Shown here in pieces: positions 10,222-19,533 of a stretch of 64,000 nt of DNA; the first letter of the stretch is position 1, and every line of letters begins with the position of its first letter. The notes under the pieces are model-generated. The model was given only the letters and a program-made list of their open reading frames with translations. It was not told the origin of the DNA and ran no database searches. The position numbers and the translations under genes are program-made. Source of the stretch: an uncultured archaeon (GTDB lineage: Archaea; Thermoplasmatota; Penumbrarchaeia; JASLWR01); contig CAYFHS010000007.1 in NCBI GenBank assembly GCA_964342815.1, positions 80,754 through 144,753 on the forward strand, given 5' to 3'.

Positions 10222-11007
10222 GTGTTAAATATGTCCGATCATAATTACTACGCTGGTATTGACGTCGGTACATCTTACGTCAAGATGGTCTTATTGGACA
10301 GAGACAATCGAATTATCGCTTCTCATATCGAGCGCTCCGGGGCGGTTCTTCAAAGATCCATCAAATCGGCTTATGACGGGGTTCTTTCCGTTTCAGGACT
10401 TCTTGAGGACCAAATTACTCATATCACGGCCACTGGATTCGGCCGAAAGAATGTGAATTTCGCAGACAGCATAAAGACGGAGATAAGCTGCCACGCCAGG
10501 GGTGCTTATTACCGTTTCGGTGAAGCCATCACGGTCATTGATATCGGTGGGCAGGATACAAAAATAATCAAAGTCGCCAAGAACGGCAAATTGCTTAATT
10601 TCAAGATGAACAGAAAATGCGCAGCCGGTACGGGTTCGTTTCTCGAAGAGATCGCTCTGAAAATGAATATCCCAATGGAGGAAATGAACGACCTGGCTGC
10701 CAGCTCTGATAATACAACGGCACTTGGGAGCTTCTGCACTGTCTTTGCCTCTTCTGAGATGCTCACGCGCATTCAGAATGGAGAACGGGTGGAGGATATG
10801 GCAAAAAGCGCCTATGAATCTGTGGTAAGACGTGTGATTGAGATGGACGTTTTTCATGGAAAGTTGGTTATAAGCGGCGGCGTGGTCAAACACAATCGGG
10901 TTATCGTCGATATACTGGAAAGACAGCTCGGGAAGGAAATCTCAATCGCTCCCAGTCCGCAGCTTACAGGGGCATTCGGAGCAGCACTTTTTGCAGGTGA
11001 AAACTGA
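10222..11007 (+). CDS. 2-hydroxyacyl-CoA dehydratase activator (HgdC/BcrA/D family ASKHA ATPase, [4Fe-4S])
   Basis: GIDVGTS, TATGFGR, EISCHARG, IDIGGQDTK, MNRKCAAGTGSFLE, FCTVFA, GAFGAA. Confidence 0.93.
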   Translation: MLNMSDHNYYAGIDVGTSYVKMVLLDRDNRIIASHIERSGAVLQRSIKSAYDGVLSVSGLLEDQITHITATGFGRKNVNFADSIKTEISCHARGAYYRFGEAITVIDIGGQDTKIIKVAKNGKLLNFKMNRKCAAGTGSFLEEIALKMNIPMEEMNDLAASSDNTTALGSFCTVFASSEMLTRIQNGERVEDMAKSAYESVVRRVIEMDVFHGKLVISGGVVKHNRVIVDILERQLGKEISIAPSPQLTGAFGAALFAGEN

Positions 11008-11108
11008 TAATTTATATTCGTAGAGCTATCAAAATTAACAAATAGGATTAAGTAGGATATATCCTCTCTACCTTACTGGTACATATTCCATTTAATCAGG
11101 AGAATACT

Positions 11109-12161
11109 ATGGCGTATGCAAACTTCCAAATTGAGATGTTACTCATCGTATTCGCGATCGCTTTTCTTCCATCAATTATACTGGTGATCATACTCAGATT
11201 CACCGAGAAATATGAAAGGGAACCTTGGGGTGCAGTATGGACCGCCTTTCTGTGGGGTGCCACCGCAACCGTTGTAATACTTATCCTTGCCAGGGGATAT
11301 TTTCTGATCTATATGAGGGATAATTATCCCGAGATAGCATCGGATAAATATAAGATGGGCCTCTATGTCAGTTGCTTATTGACCCCCATTGTGGCCACCC
11401 TCGTAAAGCTGCTGGGTCTCTTTTTCGTAAGGGATGAGTTGGATGAGGCCGAGGACGGTCTGATATACGGTGGTGTGGTGGGATTGGGTTTTGCCGCCAC
11501 CGAGATGGGGTTATACGGTTTTTTCGTCTATACCAGTTACGGTATGGAGGTGTTCGTCAATTCTGTGTTGCTGAGAACCGTATCCGTCGTCATCCTGCAG
11601 GCATCGGTTGGTGCCATTGCCGGATACGGCGTAACGAGAGCGGTGGCAAAGAAGCACAAGAAAGGTTCGCTTTGGCTTTCACCACTTTTCTTCATAGTTG
11701 CAGTTGTAGCTCACAGTGCATTTAACTATCTTGCGGGTGCCACTGTAGTCGATACAGAAAACAAGATACCCTATGCTTATGCACTGGGATTCGCTATCGC
11801 TATCTCGGCCGTAACCTGGTTCATAATATGGATCAAGATTATCCGATTGGACCGTATGGATTCCAAGAAAAATCAGGAGAAAAATAAACCGAAAGATTTC
11901 TCATCAGGAGAGAGCGGGGGCGGTAGTTCCTTTCAGGATGATTTCGATATGGGATTTGGCCCGGGTTTCCAGCCTCCGGGGGATTACGACGACGGTTACT
12001 ACGACGAAGGCTATGATGACGATTATGATGACGATTATGATGGCGATTATGATGGCGATTATGATGGCGATTATGATGGCGATTATGATGGCGATTACGA
12101 CGACGATTATTACGACGAGGGATATGACGACGAATACGACGACGAGTATTATGATAGTTAA
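11109..12161 (+). CDS. PrsW-family intramembrane metalloprotease-like protein with an acidic D/Y-rich C-terminal tail
   Basis: EREPW, DGLIYGGVVGLGFAATE and AHSAFN motifs with multiple TM segments. The canonical EE motif appears replaced (VATLVK). Confidence 0.75.
   Translation: MAYANFQIEMLLIVFAIAFLPSIILVIILRFTEKYEREPWGAVWTAFLWGATATVVILILARGYFLIYMRDNYPEIASDKYKMGLYVSCLLTPIVATLVKLLGLFFVRDELDEAEDGLIYGGVVGLGFAATEMGLYGFFVYTSYGMEVFVNSVLLRTVSVVILQASVGAIAGYGVTRAVAKKHKKGSLWLSPLFFIVAVVAHSAFNYLAGATVVDTENKIPYAYALGFAIAISAVTWFIIWIKIIRLDRMDSKKNQEKNKPKDFSSGESGGGSSFQDDFDMGFGPGFQPPGDYDDGYYDEGYDDDYDDDYDGDYDGDYDGDYDGDYDGDYDDDYYDEGYDDEYDDEYYDS
12021..12104 (+). repeat. 12-bp tandem repeat GATTATGATGGC encoding (DYDG)n
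   Basis: Five perfect copies at 12033-12092 plus degenerate flanking copies. Confidence 0.95.
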
Positions 12162-12235
12162 TAATTCCTTTTTCAGCTCAGCCGGACTTCTCGTTTATCC
12201 CTGATCTTTTTATTAAGACACGCCCAAATATCGTA

Positions 12236-12739
12236 TCATGCTTCATTGAATATTCTATAAGTCTCTTCGTCGAAGAGGCATATAATAACATTCTCGATAC
12301 TTCTGCACTCAAAAGAATTTATGGTGTTCTTTGCAATTACTGCGGCCTTATCTTTCGGGTAACCGTATATCCCGCAGGAGATGGCTGGAAAGGCGATAGA
12401 CCTGAGTTTATTCTCTTCTGCTAAGGTCAAACTCTCCGCAAAACAGCTTGTCAGAAGTTCCGATCGATCTTCCCCTCTTCTGTAAACCGGCCCAACGGTG
12501 TGTATCACATGCTTAGCCGAAAGATTATATCCTCCGGTTATGACCGCTTTCCCAGTGGGGAGTCCTTCCGGATATTTCGTACGCCTTATCTCCTTACACT
12601 CCTCAAGCAATCTTGGACCGGCTCTGCGATGTATAGCCCCGTCAACTCCTCCTCCGCCCATTAAGCCGGAATTTGCAGCATTCACGATGGCATCTACCAC
12701 CAATTGCGTTATATCTCCTCTGATAATTTCCAGTTTCAT
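12236..12739 (-). CDS. Macro domain protein (O-acetyl-ADP-ribose deacetylase, YmdB-like)
   Basis: GDIT...DAIVNAANSGLMGGGGVDGAIH, VIHTVGPV, FPAISCGIYGYP. Start ATG 12739 behind SD AGGTGG. Confidence 0.93.
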   Translation of the reverse strand: MKLEIIRGDITQLVVDAIVNAANSGLMGGGGVDGAIHRRAGPRLLEECKEIRRTKYPEGLPTGKAVITGGYNLSAKHVIHTVGPVYRRGEDRSELLTSCFAESLTLAEENKLRSIAFPAISCGIYGYPKDKAAVIAKNTINSFECRSIENVIICLFDEETYRIFNEA

Positions 12740-12775
12740 CGGGTTCCACCTGTTTAGTGCTGTCCGCAAACTCTT

Positions 12776-14683
12776 CTAGCCCCGGAAGGTCACGCGTTTC
12801 GATATATATTTCGGTAATGGAAGAGGCTTATAGGGCATTCCACCCTGCTCCACCAGTAATAAACGTTTGAAGTCCATAAGAGAGATTGTTCTTTGCTCTT
12901 TGGACCTACGGATACGCACTGTCAATTCACCCGAGCTTTGCTCCTTGTCGCCAATGACTAGAATGAAAGGTATCCATTCCTTCTCGGCAAACCTGATACT
13001 CTTTCCCACAGTCCTTCCCGTGTCATCCACATCTACCCTAACTCCGGGTAATTCACCCAAAATTTTCTCACAATACTCCAGATGCCCCTCAGAAACCGGT
13101 ATCAATCTTACCTGGGTGGGGGAGAGCCAGTAAGGAAGCATGATCTTATTTCCCTTCATGGAATCCATATGGGCTTTTTCCAGCAGTGCAAATATAACCC
13201 TTTCGATAGCCCCGGAGGGGGACATGTGCATTATCAGAGGATTTTTTTTAGTGCCGTCCTCATCTGTGAAGGTGATATCGTACCTCTTACCGTTCTCCAC
13301 ATCGATCTGATCCGTGTTCAAGGCCGATGCCTTGTCCTGGTTGTCAACGAAGTTCCATTCGTACTTCATCACGAAATAGAAGAAGCGGTCGTTCCACATC
13401 TCAACCATGGCCGGTCTCCCCCATGCCCGTACCATATCGTGTAAAAACTCCTTATTGTTGTCATAAAAATCTCTTGTTACCCTAATCGCGAACTCAAGAC
13501 CTTCGGGAAGTTCAAATCCGATATCGGAGAGAATCCTTCGGCACAGTTCGAACCTGACCATCATCTCCTTCTTGGCCTGTTGAATATCGGCGCAGAACGC
13601 ATGGCAGTCAGGCATGGTGAATGCTCTCAAACGCCTGAGACCGGTCAGCTCCCCTCGCTGCTCTACACGGAAAGAATAGCGCGTCATCTCATACAGTTTT
13701 AGGGGGAGCTGTTTGTAACTGAAAGTGGCGTCATGCAGCATCAGGAACTGGCCAAAACAGGCTGCAAAGCGCAGGAAAACTTCCTTGTCGGGAGATTTGA
13801 TCTTGTACTGCCTCGCCGGGAAGCGTTCCACGTATTCTTTCAGGGACGGATGTTTGAAATCATACATCAAAGGCGATTCGATCTCCATCCCGCCATATTC
13901 GATCACCTTTTTCGTTACGTATTCTTCGAGAAGTGACTTGATGAACCTACCCTTGGGATAGAAACGAATATTTCCCGGGTCCGAGCCCGGTTCGTAGTCC
14001 GCGATCTCCAGTTTTTGCATCAGACTGACATGTGGAGGTTCTTTCTTTCCGATCCGTGATTTATTGATTTCGTAACGGGCAAATTTCCGCAAGTTCTCGT
14101 TACCCTTGAAATCATATCCCTTGACGGCGCTTTCCTGCGATGAGATCTCTCGTAATTCCCCCTTGGTATCAAGAATATACCAGTAGGACTTTGCTTCCTT
14201 TTCCGCACGTAAAGCCTGGGAAAGTTTTTCCTTTTTTCCCTTCAGTCCCTCTCCCGTAATGCTGATCTGTCGTGAAAGCTCGGACAAGGGATGCCCCTTG
14301 CAAGATATCTTAAACGATTTGTACCATCCAAAGGGCGCTCGCAACAATTTGAAGTAACCTTGAGATAACTCTTCATATAGCGCCTTTTCCACTTTAACGG
14401 CCTCGGAGGGAGGGGCTAGATCGGAGGACAGGTGGGCATATGGATACAGGAATATTGTATTCGTGCCCACTTTCTCGGCAGCATCGAGTATTGTTTCCGC
14501 TGCTTCTTCAACGACCTCATCGATATAATCTGCGTCTCCTTTCTCCACGGCGTTGAAAGCAACAAGAACGTCGTCATCCCATTTCTGGTGCTTCAGGGAT
14601 TCATCTATCTTCTCCGCTATGTTCTTGATGGCCTTGGTGGTTTCGTATTCCATATAGTCCGAATGTATGAGCAATAGTCGCAT
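12776..14683 (-). CDS. thrS: Threonyl-tRNA synthetase, archaeal type with N-terminal editing domain
   Basis: MRLLLIHSDY, RAPFGWYKSFKISCKGHPLSELSR, LRFAACFGQF, RLRAFTMPDCH, SPSGAIER. Confidence 0.96.
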   Translation of the reverse strand: MRLLLIHSDYMEYETTKAIKNIAEKIDESLKHQKWDDDVLVAFNAVEKGDADYIDEVVEEAAETILDAAEKVGTNTIFLYPYAHLSSDLAPPSEAVKVEKALYEELSQGYFKLLRAPFGWYKSFKISCKGHPLSELSRQISITGEGLKGKKEKLSQALRAEKEAKSYWYILDTKGELREISSQESAVKGYDFKGNENLRKFARYEINKSRIGKKEPPHVSLMQKLEIADYEPGSDPGNIRFYPKGRFIKSLLEEYVTKKVIEYGGMEIESPLMYDFKHPSLKEYVERFPARQYKIKSPDKEVFLRFAACFGQFLMLHDATFSYKQLPLKLYEMTRYSFRVEQRGELTGLRRLRAFTMPDCHAFCADIQQAKKEMMVRFELCRRILSDIGFELPEGLEFAIRVTRDFYDNNKEFLHDMVRAWGRPAMVEMWNDRFFYFVMKYEWNFVDNQDKASALNTDQIDVENGKRYDITFTDEDGTKKNPLIMHMSPSGAIERVIFALLEKAHMDSMKGNKIMLPYWLSPTQVRLIPVSEGHLEYCEKILGELPGVRVDVDDTGRTVGKSIRFAEKEWIPFILVIGDKEQSSGELTVRIRRSKEQRTISLMDFKRLLLVEQGGMPYKPLPLPKYISKRVTFRG

Positions 14684-14976
14684 GTTCTCACAATTTCCTG
14701 TAGGTAAATGTTCTTGATTCTCAAGGACGGAATGAATTGTAAATCTGTCTTGTTTAAAAATACATTGCGGTGTTAATACTTTATGAAGATAATTGTATTA
14801 TTAAAATTTATTCGAGGATCATATCTGAGATTTAAAGCGTAATAAGGCTCGATTTTTTGCACTCAATAAGTATCAAAATTTTGTTAAGGGTAAAAACACA
14901 TAAAAAGGTATATATAAGCAAATATGTTGTGCGAGTAATATTACTTTTTTTAAAAAAAAATATGAATGGTGATAGA

Positions 14977-15822
14977 ATGGTAGAATGTCTGGAATGCGGT
15001 TTTGAAAACGAGGGCGATGGTGATTCATGTACTGATTGTGGAGCTACGTTGGATCTTATAGATTGTCCCGATTGTGGCGCAAAGAACGAGGCGGACTCGA
15101 GGTTCTGTGAGAAATGTGGTAGCGAGATCGAAGTTGCCGATGATTTCATAGAAGAAAAAGAAGAACCCGCGCCCCCGGTGAAAGAAAAACCCAAACCCAA
15201 GGATAAGAAAGCACCTCCGAAGAAGGAGAAACCGGCCCCAAAAGAGAAGCCGGTAGGTGAGAAGGTCGTTGTGGTAAAGATGATCTTTGCCCAGAATGAT
15301 GCAACCAAGCTCGCGAACAAAAACCTGAAGGATGACGGTAAAAAGCTATTCTCTAAGAAGATCGAGGTGGTTGAAGCGGCATTACTGAAATACTTGCCAT
15401 TGATACAGGCATCCTTCGATGTTGAGAAAAAGAAACTCTTTGGACTCGGAGGTAAGGAAAAAGGAGCCGAAAGCCTCTATTTCCACGGTATGACAGGTAA
15501 GCTGTTACAGGTAACCGACAAATTGAACTTCAGCGATATTACCCAGGCCAAGGCTGAAAACATAAAGGATTTTGATGGGGTGGCCCAATTCGAAACTCTC
15601 GCGAAGAAAATGCTTCCCAAGGGAACGGAGAAACCTAAGATCGGCGAGAAGTATATCCAGAAGAAATTGAGAAAATTGTTCGGTGCGACCCTGAAGAAGA
15701 CCAGTATGGTGTATTTACCCATTTTCAAATTCAAGATCACCAACACAAAGACGAAAAAAGCCAGGGTACTCTACGTTGATTCCGTTTTCGGTATACCCAC
15801 CGATAAAAATCCCTTCAAATAA
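14977..15822 (+). CDS. Double zinc-ribbon protein with a Lys/Pro-rich linker
   Basis: Four CxxC pairs (CLECG, CTDCG, CPDCG, CEKCG). Start placed at ATG 14977 behind SD GGTGA (ORF track start is 14857). Confidence 0.75.
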   Translation: MVECLECGFENEGDGDSCTDCGATLDLIDCPDCGAKNEADSRFCEKCGSEIEVADDFIEEKEEPAPPVKEKPKPKDKKAPPKKEKPAPKEKPVGEKVVVVKMIFAQNDATKLANKNLKDDGKKLFSKKIEVVEAALLKYLPLIQASFDVEKKKLFGLGGKEKGAESLYFHGMTGKLLQVTDKLNFSDITQAKAENIKDFDGVAQFETLAKKMLPKGTEKPKIGEKYIQKKLRKLFGATLKKTSMVYLPIFKFKITNTKTKKARVLYVDSVFGIPTDKNPFK

Positions 15823-15886
15823 GCCCTGATAGCTCAGTGAAAGGATAAACATATCCAATACTTCAGAATGAGAAAGGTGACCAATA

Positions 15887-16045
15887 ATGAATCGTATCGC
15901 AAGAATCGAGATGGTCTCTGCCATCCTAACAGCCTCCCACGTTATGAATACCTCGAAGACCGAGGAAAATTTTCACGAGATCATCAATCTTTATACAAAG
16001 TACTACACGGAATTGAACCGTATACTTCCCAAAGAAAAGAGATGA
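15887..16045 (+). CDS. Small hypothetical protein, 52 aa (MNRIARIEMVSAILTASHVMNTSKTEENFHEIINLYTKYYTELNRILPKEKR)
   Basis: Hand translation; SD AAAGGTGA upstream; fills an intergenic gap; below the ORF-track cutoff. Confidence 0.6.
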   Translation: MNRIARIEMVSAILTASHVMNTSKTEENFHEIINLYTKYYTELNRILPKEKR

Positions 16046-16076
16046 AAACGTTTTTTCCCCGTTTTCATCCTATTTT

Positions 16077-16556
16077 TTAATCTAATTTGTCTTCTTCCAT
16101 ACAGGAGCTACAGCCGATCTTCTCACCCGTTTCGAGATAATGCTTGAAATGTTCCATCCACTTTGGATCTCGTGGGGAATCTCCGACAAATTCCACGAAT
16201 TTCTCCAATCTCTGCATGGTAATCCCGCTGACGTGATGTTCGATCTGACAGGCATCGATCTCCGCCAGTTCCCGGTCAACTCCCAGGATCTCAAGAAAAT
16301 CTGCGATTACCCTGTGCCGTTCCATCAATTCTTGTGCTTTCTTCTTGCCTGAGGAAGTGAGATTGGCGCCGATGAAGGGTTTGTATTTCACAAACCCGGA
16401 TTTTTGCAGTTTTCTAAGCATCTCTGTCACGGATGGCGGTTTCACTCCCATAACATCTGCGATCTTCCCGGTATGGGCGGCTCCCTCTTTTTTTTCGAGA
16501 ACGAAAATCGTTTCGACGTATTCTTCCACTGTTTTTCGTCTCATTTTAATTCCCAC
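16077..16556 (-). CDS. DtxR/MntR-family metal-dependent regulator
   Basis: EEYVETI, VKPPSVTEMLRKL, ERHRVIADFL, ACQIEHHVS. Confidence 0.92.
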   Translation of the reverse strand: MGIKMRRKTVEEYVETIFVLEKKEGAAHTGKIADVMGVKPPSVTEMLRKLQKSGFVKYKPFIGANLTSSGKKKAQELMERHRVIADFLEILGVDRELAEIDACQIEHHVSGITMQRLEKFVEFVGDSPRDPKWMEHFKHYLETGEKIGCSSCMEEDKLD

Positions 16557-16628
16557 CTTCTTATATTTTTATGAGAAATTATTAATCTCCTAGATATGAT
16601 TCATCATTATTGGTTACCTATCCGTTTA

Positions 16629-17267
16629 TCATATGATACGAACATAGATATCGTTCGCAATATTAGTATCTACAGCAATCTGAGTTTGTCCTATCTGAAA
16701 CACATGGGAAGGGTGTCTTTGAATTATCTCAACAGTCATGCCGGGCAACAAACCCATTGCCAGGAGTTTCTGCAGATTTTTATGATTCTTGGTCAGAATG
16801 TAGACAATTTTCCCGTGTTGCCCCTTTTTCAATTCTGAAAGTGATGATACAATCCTTTCGGCGATCTTCTTTCTTTCCCTACAACATTTACCTTGTGGCA
16901 TAGATTTACCGTGGGGACATATTTTTGGGTGACCCAATAAGGTACATATGCTCTCCTCAACGCCTTCAGAGATAATATGCTCAAATTTGCATGCAGCGGA
17001 TTCCATCTCATCCTCGCCAACACCTAAAACGTCGTGGAGCAACCTTTCTGCAAGACGATGTCTGCGAATTATTTTTCTACTTTCATTACGACCCTTTGGC
17101 GTTAATCTCACCCTGTTACCTGATTTCGTTATGCATCTCGTCCTTGCCAGTTCATTGATAACGGCGATCGTACCAAGTTTCTTTCCGTCGACGAATCCTT
17201 TTTTACCCTCGACGATCTCCAACCACAGTTTTTCTAACATTTCCTGGGCCGCTTCACTTATGTTCAC
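16629..17267 (-). CDS. DtxR-family regulator with C-terminal FeoA domain
   Basis: RRHRLAERLL, ACKFEHII, LGHPKICPHG, then FeoA-like LLAMGLLPGMTVEII. Confidence 0.9.
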   Translation of the reverse strand: MNISEAAQEMLEKLWLEIVEGKKGFVDGKKLGTIAVINELARTRCITKSGNRVRLTPKGRNESRKIIRRHRLAERLLHDVLGVGEDEMESAACKFEHIISEGVEESICTLLGHPKICPHGKSMPQGKCCRERKKIAERIVSSLSELKKGQHGKIVYILTKNHKNLQKLLAMGLLPGMTVEIIQRHPSHVFQIGQTQIAVDTNIANDIYVRII

Positions 17268-17430
17268 GTTGAAACCTCCTTCTCAGAAATTTAATCAATT
17301 TCGGTTCGGGTAAAATCTCATATCCGCAGTTCGGACACTTGGACATATCACACTTTTTTATAGGGCATCCCCTACAGGCGTCCTCCGCTTCATTTTCATT
17401 GAACTCGAATCCACAAAATGTACATTTCAT
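17254..17430 (-). CDS. Small Cys-rich protein, 58 aa, in the feo operon (FeoC-like or Zn/Fe-S binding)
   Basis: Hand translation: MKCTFCGFEFNENEAEDACRGCPIKKCDMSKCPNCGYEILPEPKLIKFLRRRFQREHK. ATGA overlap with the feoB stop, and overlap with the downstream start. Confidence 0.75.
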   Translation of the reverse strand: MKCTFCGFEFNENEAEDACRGCPIKKCDMSKCPNCGYEILPEPKLIKFLRRRFQREHK

Positions 17431-19454
17431 AATCTAACTCCTAAAACTAAAAGGATTTTATTAAGGACAAAACCAACAGCCAACGCATAAAAGAGAACAA
17501 AAAAGAACATTAATAATGCGGTTTTTAAGCCTCTTTCCTTTATCATGATCATCAGTTGTGCTATACAGGGAACAAAGAGCGTTAAAGTTACAGCAGCCAC
17601 CGTGAGTTGTACCCCCGTCAATGCATTTTGCATATCGAACAATCCTGCGGCGCCATAATCCCGTCTAAAAAATCCGAATAACAATACACTTGAAGTTTCA
17701 TCCGGTAATCCTAATGAATTTACGATCGGTACTAAGCTACGTATTATAAATTGAAAAATTCCTATCAAATGAAAAAACCAGATTAAAACACTCACTAAAA
17801 TAAAGATCGGAAAAACCTCTTTGAAATACCATACCATTCTCGTATAGGTCTTTGTTAAAACGTTTGAGATTTTAGGTAGTCGAAGAGGTGGCAGTTCCAT
17901 ATAGAAAGTGGGTTTATCACCAGGGAGGATCTTTGATGCTAAAAACCCGATCAAAATAAAATTCAACAATATAGCCATGAACCATACGAATAATGCCCAC
18001 GGACGACCCGATAAAATAGCAAAAATGACACCCAATTGTGCAGAACAAGGAATAGCTAGGGCTAATAGCAACGTCGCGATCACTCTTTCCCGTTTTGTCT
18101 CCTGGGTCCTGGTAACTATGGTCGCCATTGTAACGCACCCTAACCCCAGTACCATAGGTATTACCGCTCTTCCGGTAAGGCCGATCTTTTTAAAAACTCG
18201 GTCTATTAAGAGTGCCAATCTCGGAAGGTAGCCCGTGTCCTCAATAATGGAAAACGCCAAGAAGAACGTCCCCACAATGGGTAATATGATGGCAATTGCA
18301 TATGTTAAGCCCAAAGTGATAATCCCATATTCGCCCACGATCAAATCCTGGACCGCTCTTGACTGGATATGACTATTAACAAATTCGGTTATGAAAGGAT
18401 TGATCCTTTCGCCAAACAGGGTTCCCTCGATCAGATCAACAAGTTCTCCCGCACCTAGAACACCAACGAATTGGTAGAGACCAAAGTATAATATTACGAT
18501 CAATATTGGAATCCCGGTTAAAGGTCTTATCATTGCCCTGCTGATTTTCTCTTTTATGGTACGCTTTTTGATATCTGCCGTTATTAAAGATGTTGAGATG
18601 ATTTTATTCGTTTCTCTTTGTAATCTCAATTTTATAATATAACTCAATGGATGGTTATGATTTTGATCGATTGTCTTAATGATATCGTTAATTCGCTCGT
18701 ATCTTCTTCCCTCCTTTTCTCTGACCATCCCTTGTGTGTCACCATCCTGTTGTAAGAGCAGCAAAGAAACAGCCCGCTTCGAAATCGAATAATCCCCCTT
18801 CAGATGGGATTCAATTTCTTTTATTGAAGTTTCGATGAACTTATTGAAGATTATCTGTCTTCTACCGTTCATACGATATCTTTTCAACTTTCCCATTAAC
18901 TTATCGAATCCTTCTCCCGTGGTAGCAACCATGGGAACGACAGGGGTACCTAATCTGTTTTCCAGGTCGATAAAATCTATCTTTATTCCCAGATCTCTCG
19001 CTTCATCCATCATATTTACTACTACTAATACCGGAAGGCCTGCTTCAATCAACTGTAGGGATAGTGGAAGCATCCTCTCTAAGTTCTTTGCATCAATGAC
19101 ATGAAGTACTATCTTTGGTCTTTCTTTTAATAGTATGAATTTAGCTATACGTTCTTCTTCTGTTATCGGAATCAACGAATACATGCCGGGTGAATCAATC
19201 ACTCCATAATCTTTTCCATCGATCTTACATTTTCCCTTGTCGATTGTCACTGTCGTTCCGGGGTAGTTTGACACTGTGACATATGCGCCTGTCAATTTAT
19301 TGAATATGAGACTTTTCCCAACATTAGGGTTTCCGATAAGAACAATCTTTTCAAGGCCTTCGATATTCTCGCTAACAGGTCCATGGCATTGATTTTTTGA
19401 TTCCTTTTTAATTTTTTTTGATGTGGTCTTAGTTCTCGTCACGGACAGCCCCAT
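17427..19454 (-). CDS. feoB: Ferrous iron transporter B
   Basis: GNPNVGKS, VSNYPGTT, DSPGMY, NMMD GTPase motifs plus gate/TM domains (GLGCV, IPCSAQ, MELPP). Confidence 0.96.
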   Translation of the reverse strand: MGLSVTRTKTTSKKIKKESKNQCHGPVSENIEGLEKIVLIGNPNVGKSLIFNKLTGAYVTVSNYPGTTVTIDKGKCKIDGKDYGVIDSPGMYSLIPITEEERIAKFILLKERPKIVLHVIDAKNLERMLPLSLQLIEAGLPVLVVVNMMDEARDLGIKIDFIDLENRLGTPVVPMVATTGEGFDKLMGKLKRYRMNGRRQIIFNKFIETSIKEIESHLKGDYSISKRAVSLLLLQQDGDTQGMVREKEGRRYERINDIIKTIDQNHNHPLSYIIKLRLQRETNKIISTSLITADIKKRTIKEKISRAMIRPLTGIPILIVILYFGLYQFVGVLGAGELVDLIEGTLFGERINPFITEFVNSHIQSRAVQDLIVGEYGIITLGLTYAIAIILPIVGTFFLAFSIIEDTGYLPRLALLIDRVFKKIGLTGRAVIPMVLGLGCVTMATIVTRTQETKRERVIATLLLALAIPCSAQLGVIFAILSGRPWALFVWFMAILLNFILIGFLASKILPGDKPTFYMELPPLRLPKISNVLTKTYTRMVWYFKEVFPIFILVSVLIWFFHLIGIFQFIIRSLVPIVNSLGLPDETSSVLLFGFFRRDYGAAGLFDMQNALTGVQLTVAAVTLTLFVPCIAQLMIMIKERGLKTALLMFFFVLFYALAVGFVLNKILLVLGVRL

Positions 19455-19485
19455 TTAGGTTCACCTAATTGTTAGGGATGCCTAA
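19455..19485. promoter_or_regulatory. Two tandem DtxR/IdeR-type operator palindromes immediately upstream of feoB
   Basis: TTAGGTTCACCTAA (19455-19468) and TTAGGGATGCCTAA (19472-19485) resemble the DtxR consensus TTAGGTTAGCCTAA. TATA-like TTAATATA on the minus strand at 19491-19498. Confidence 0.8.
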
Positions 19486-19533
19486 ATCAGTATATTAAGG
19501 TTTTGGGTGGATTGACCGGACAATAAAAAAAGA

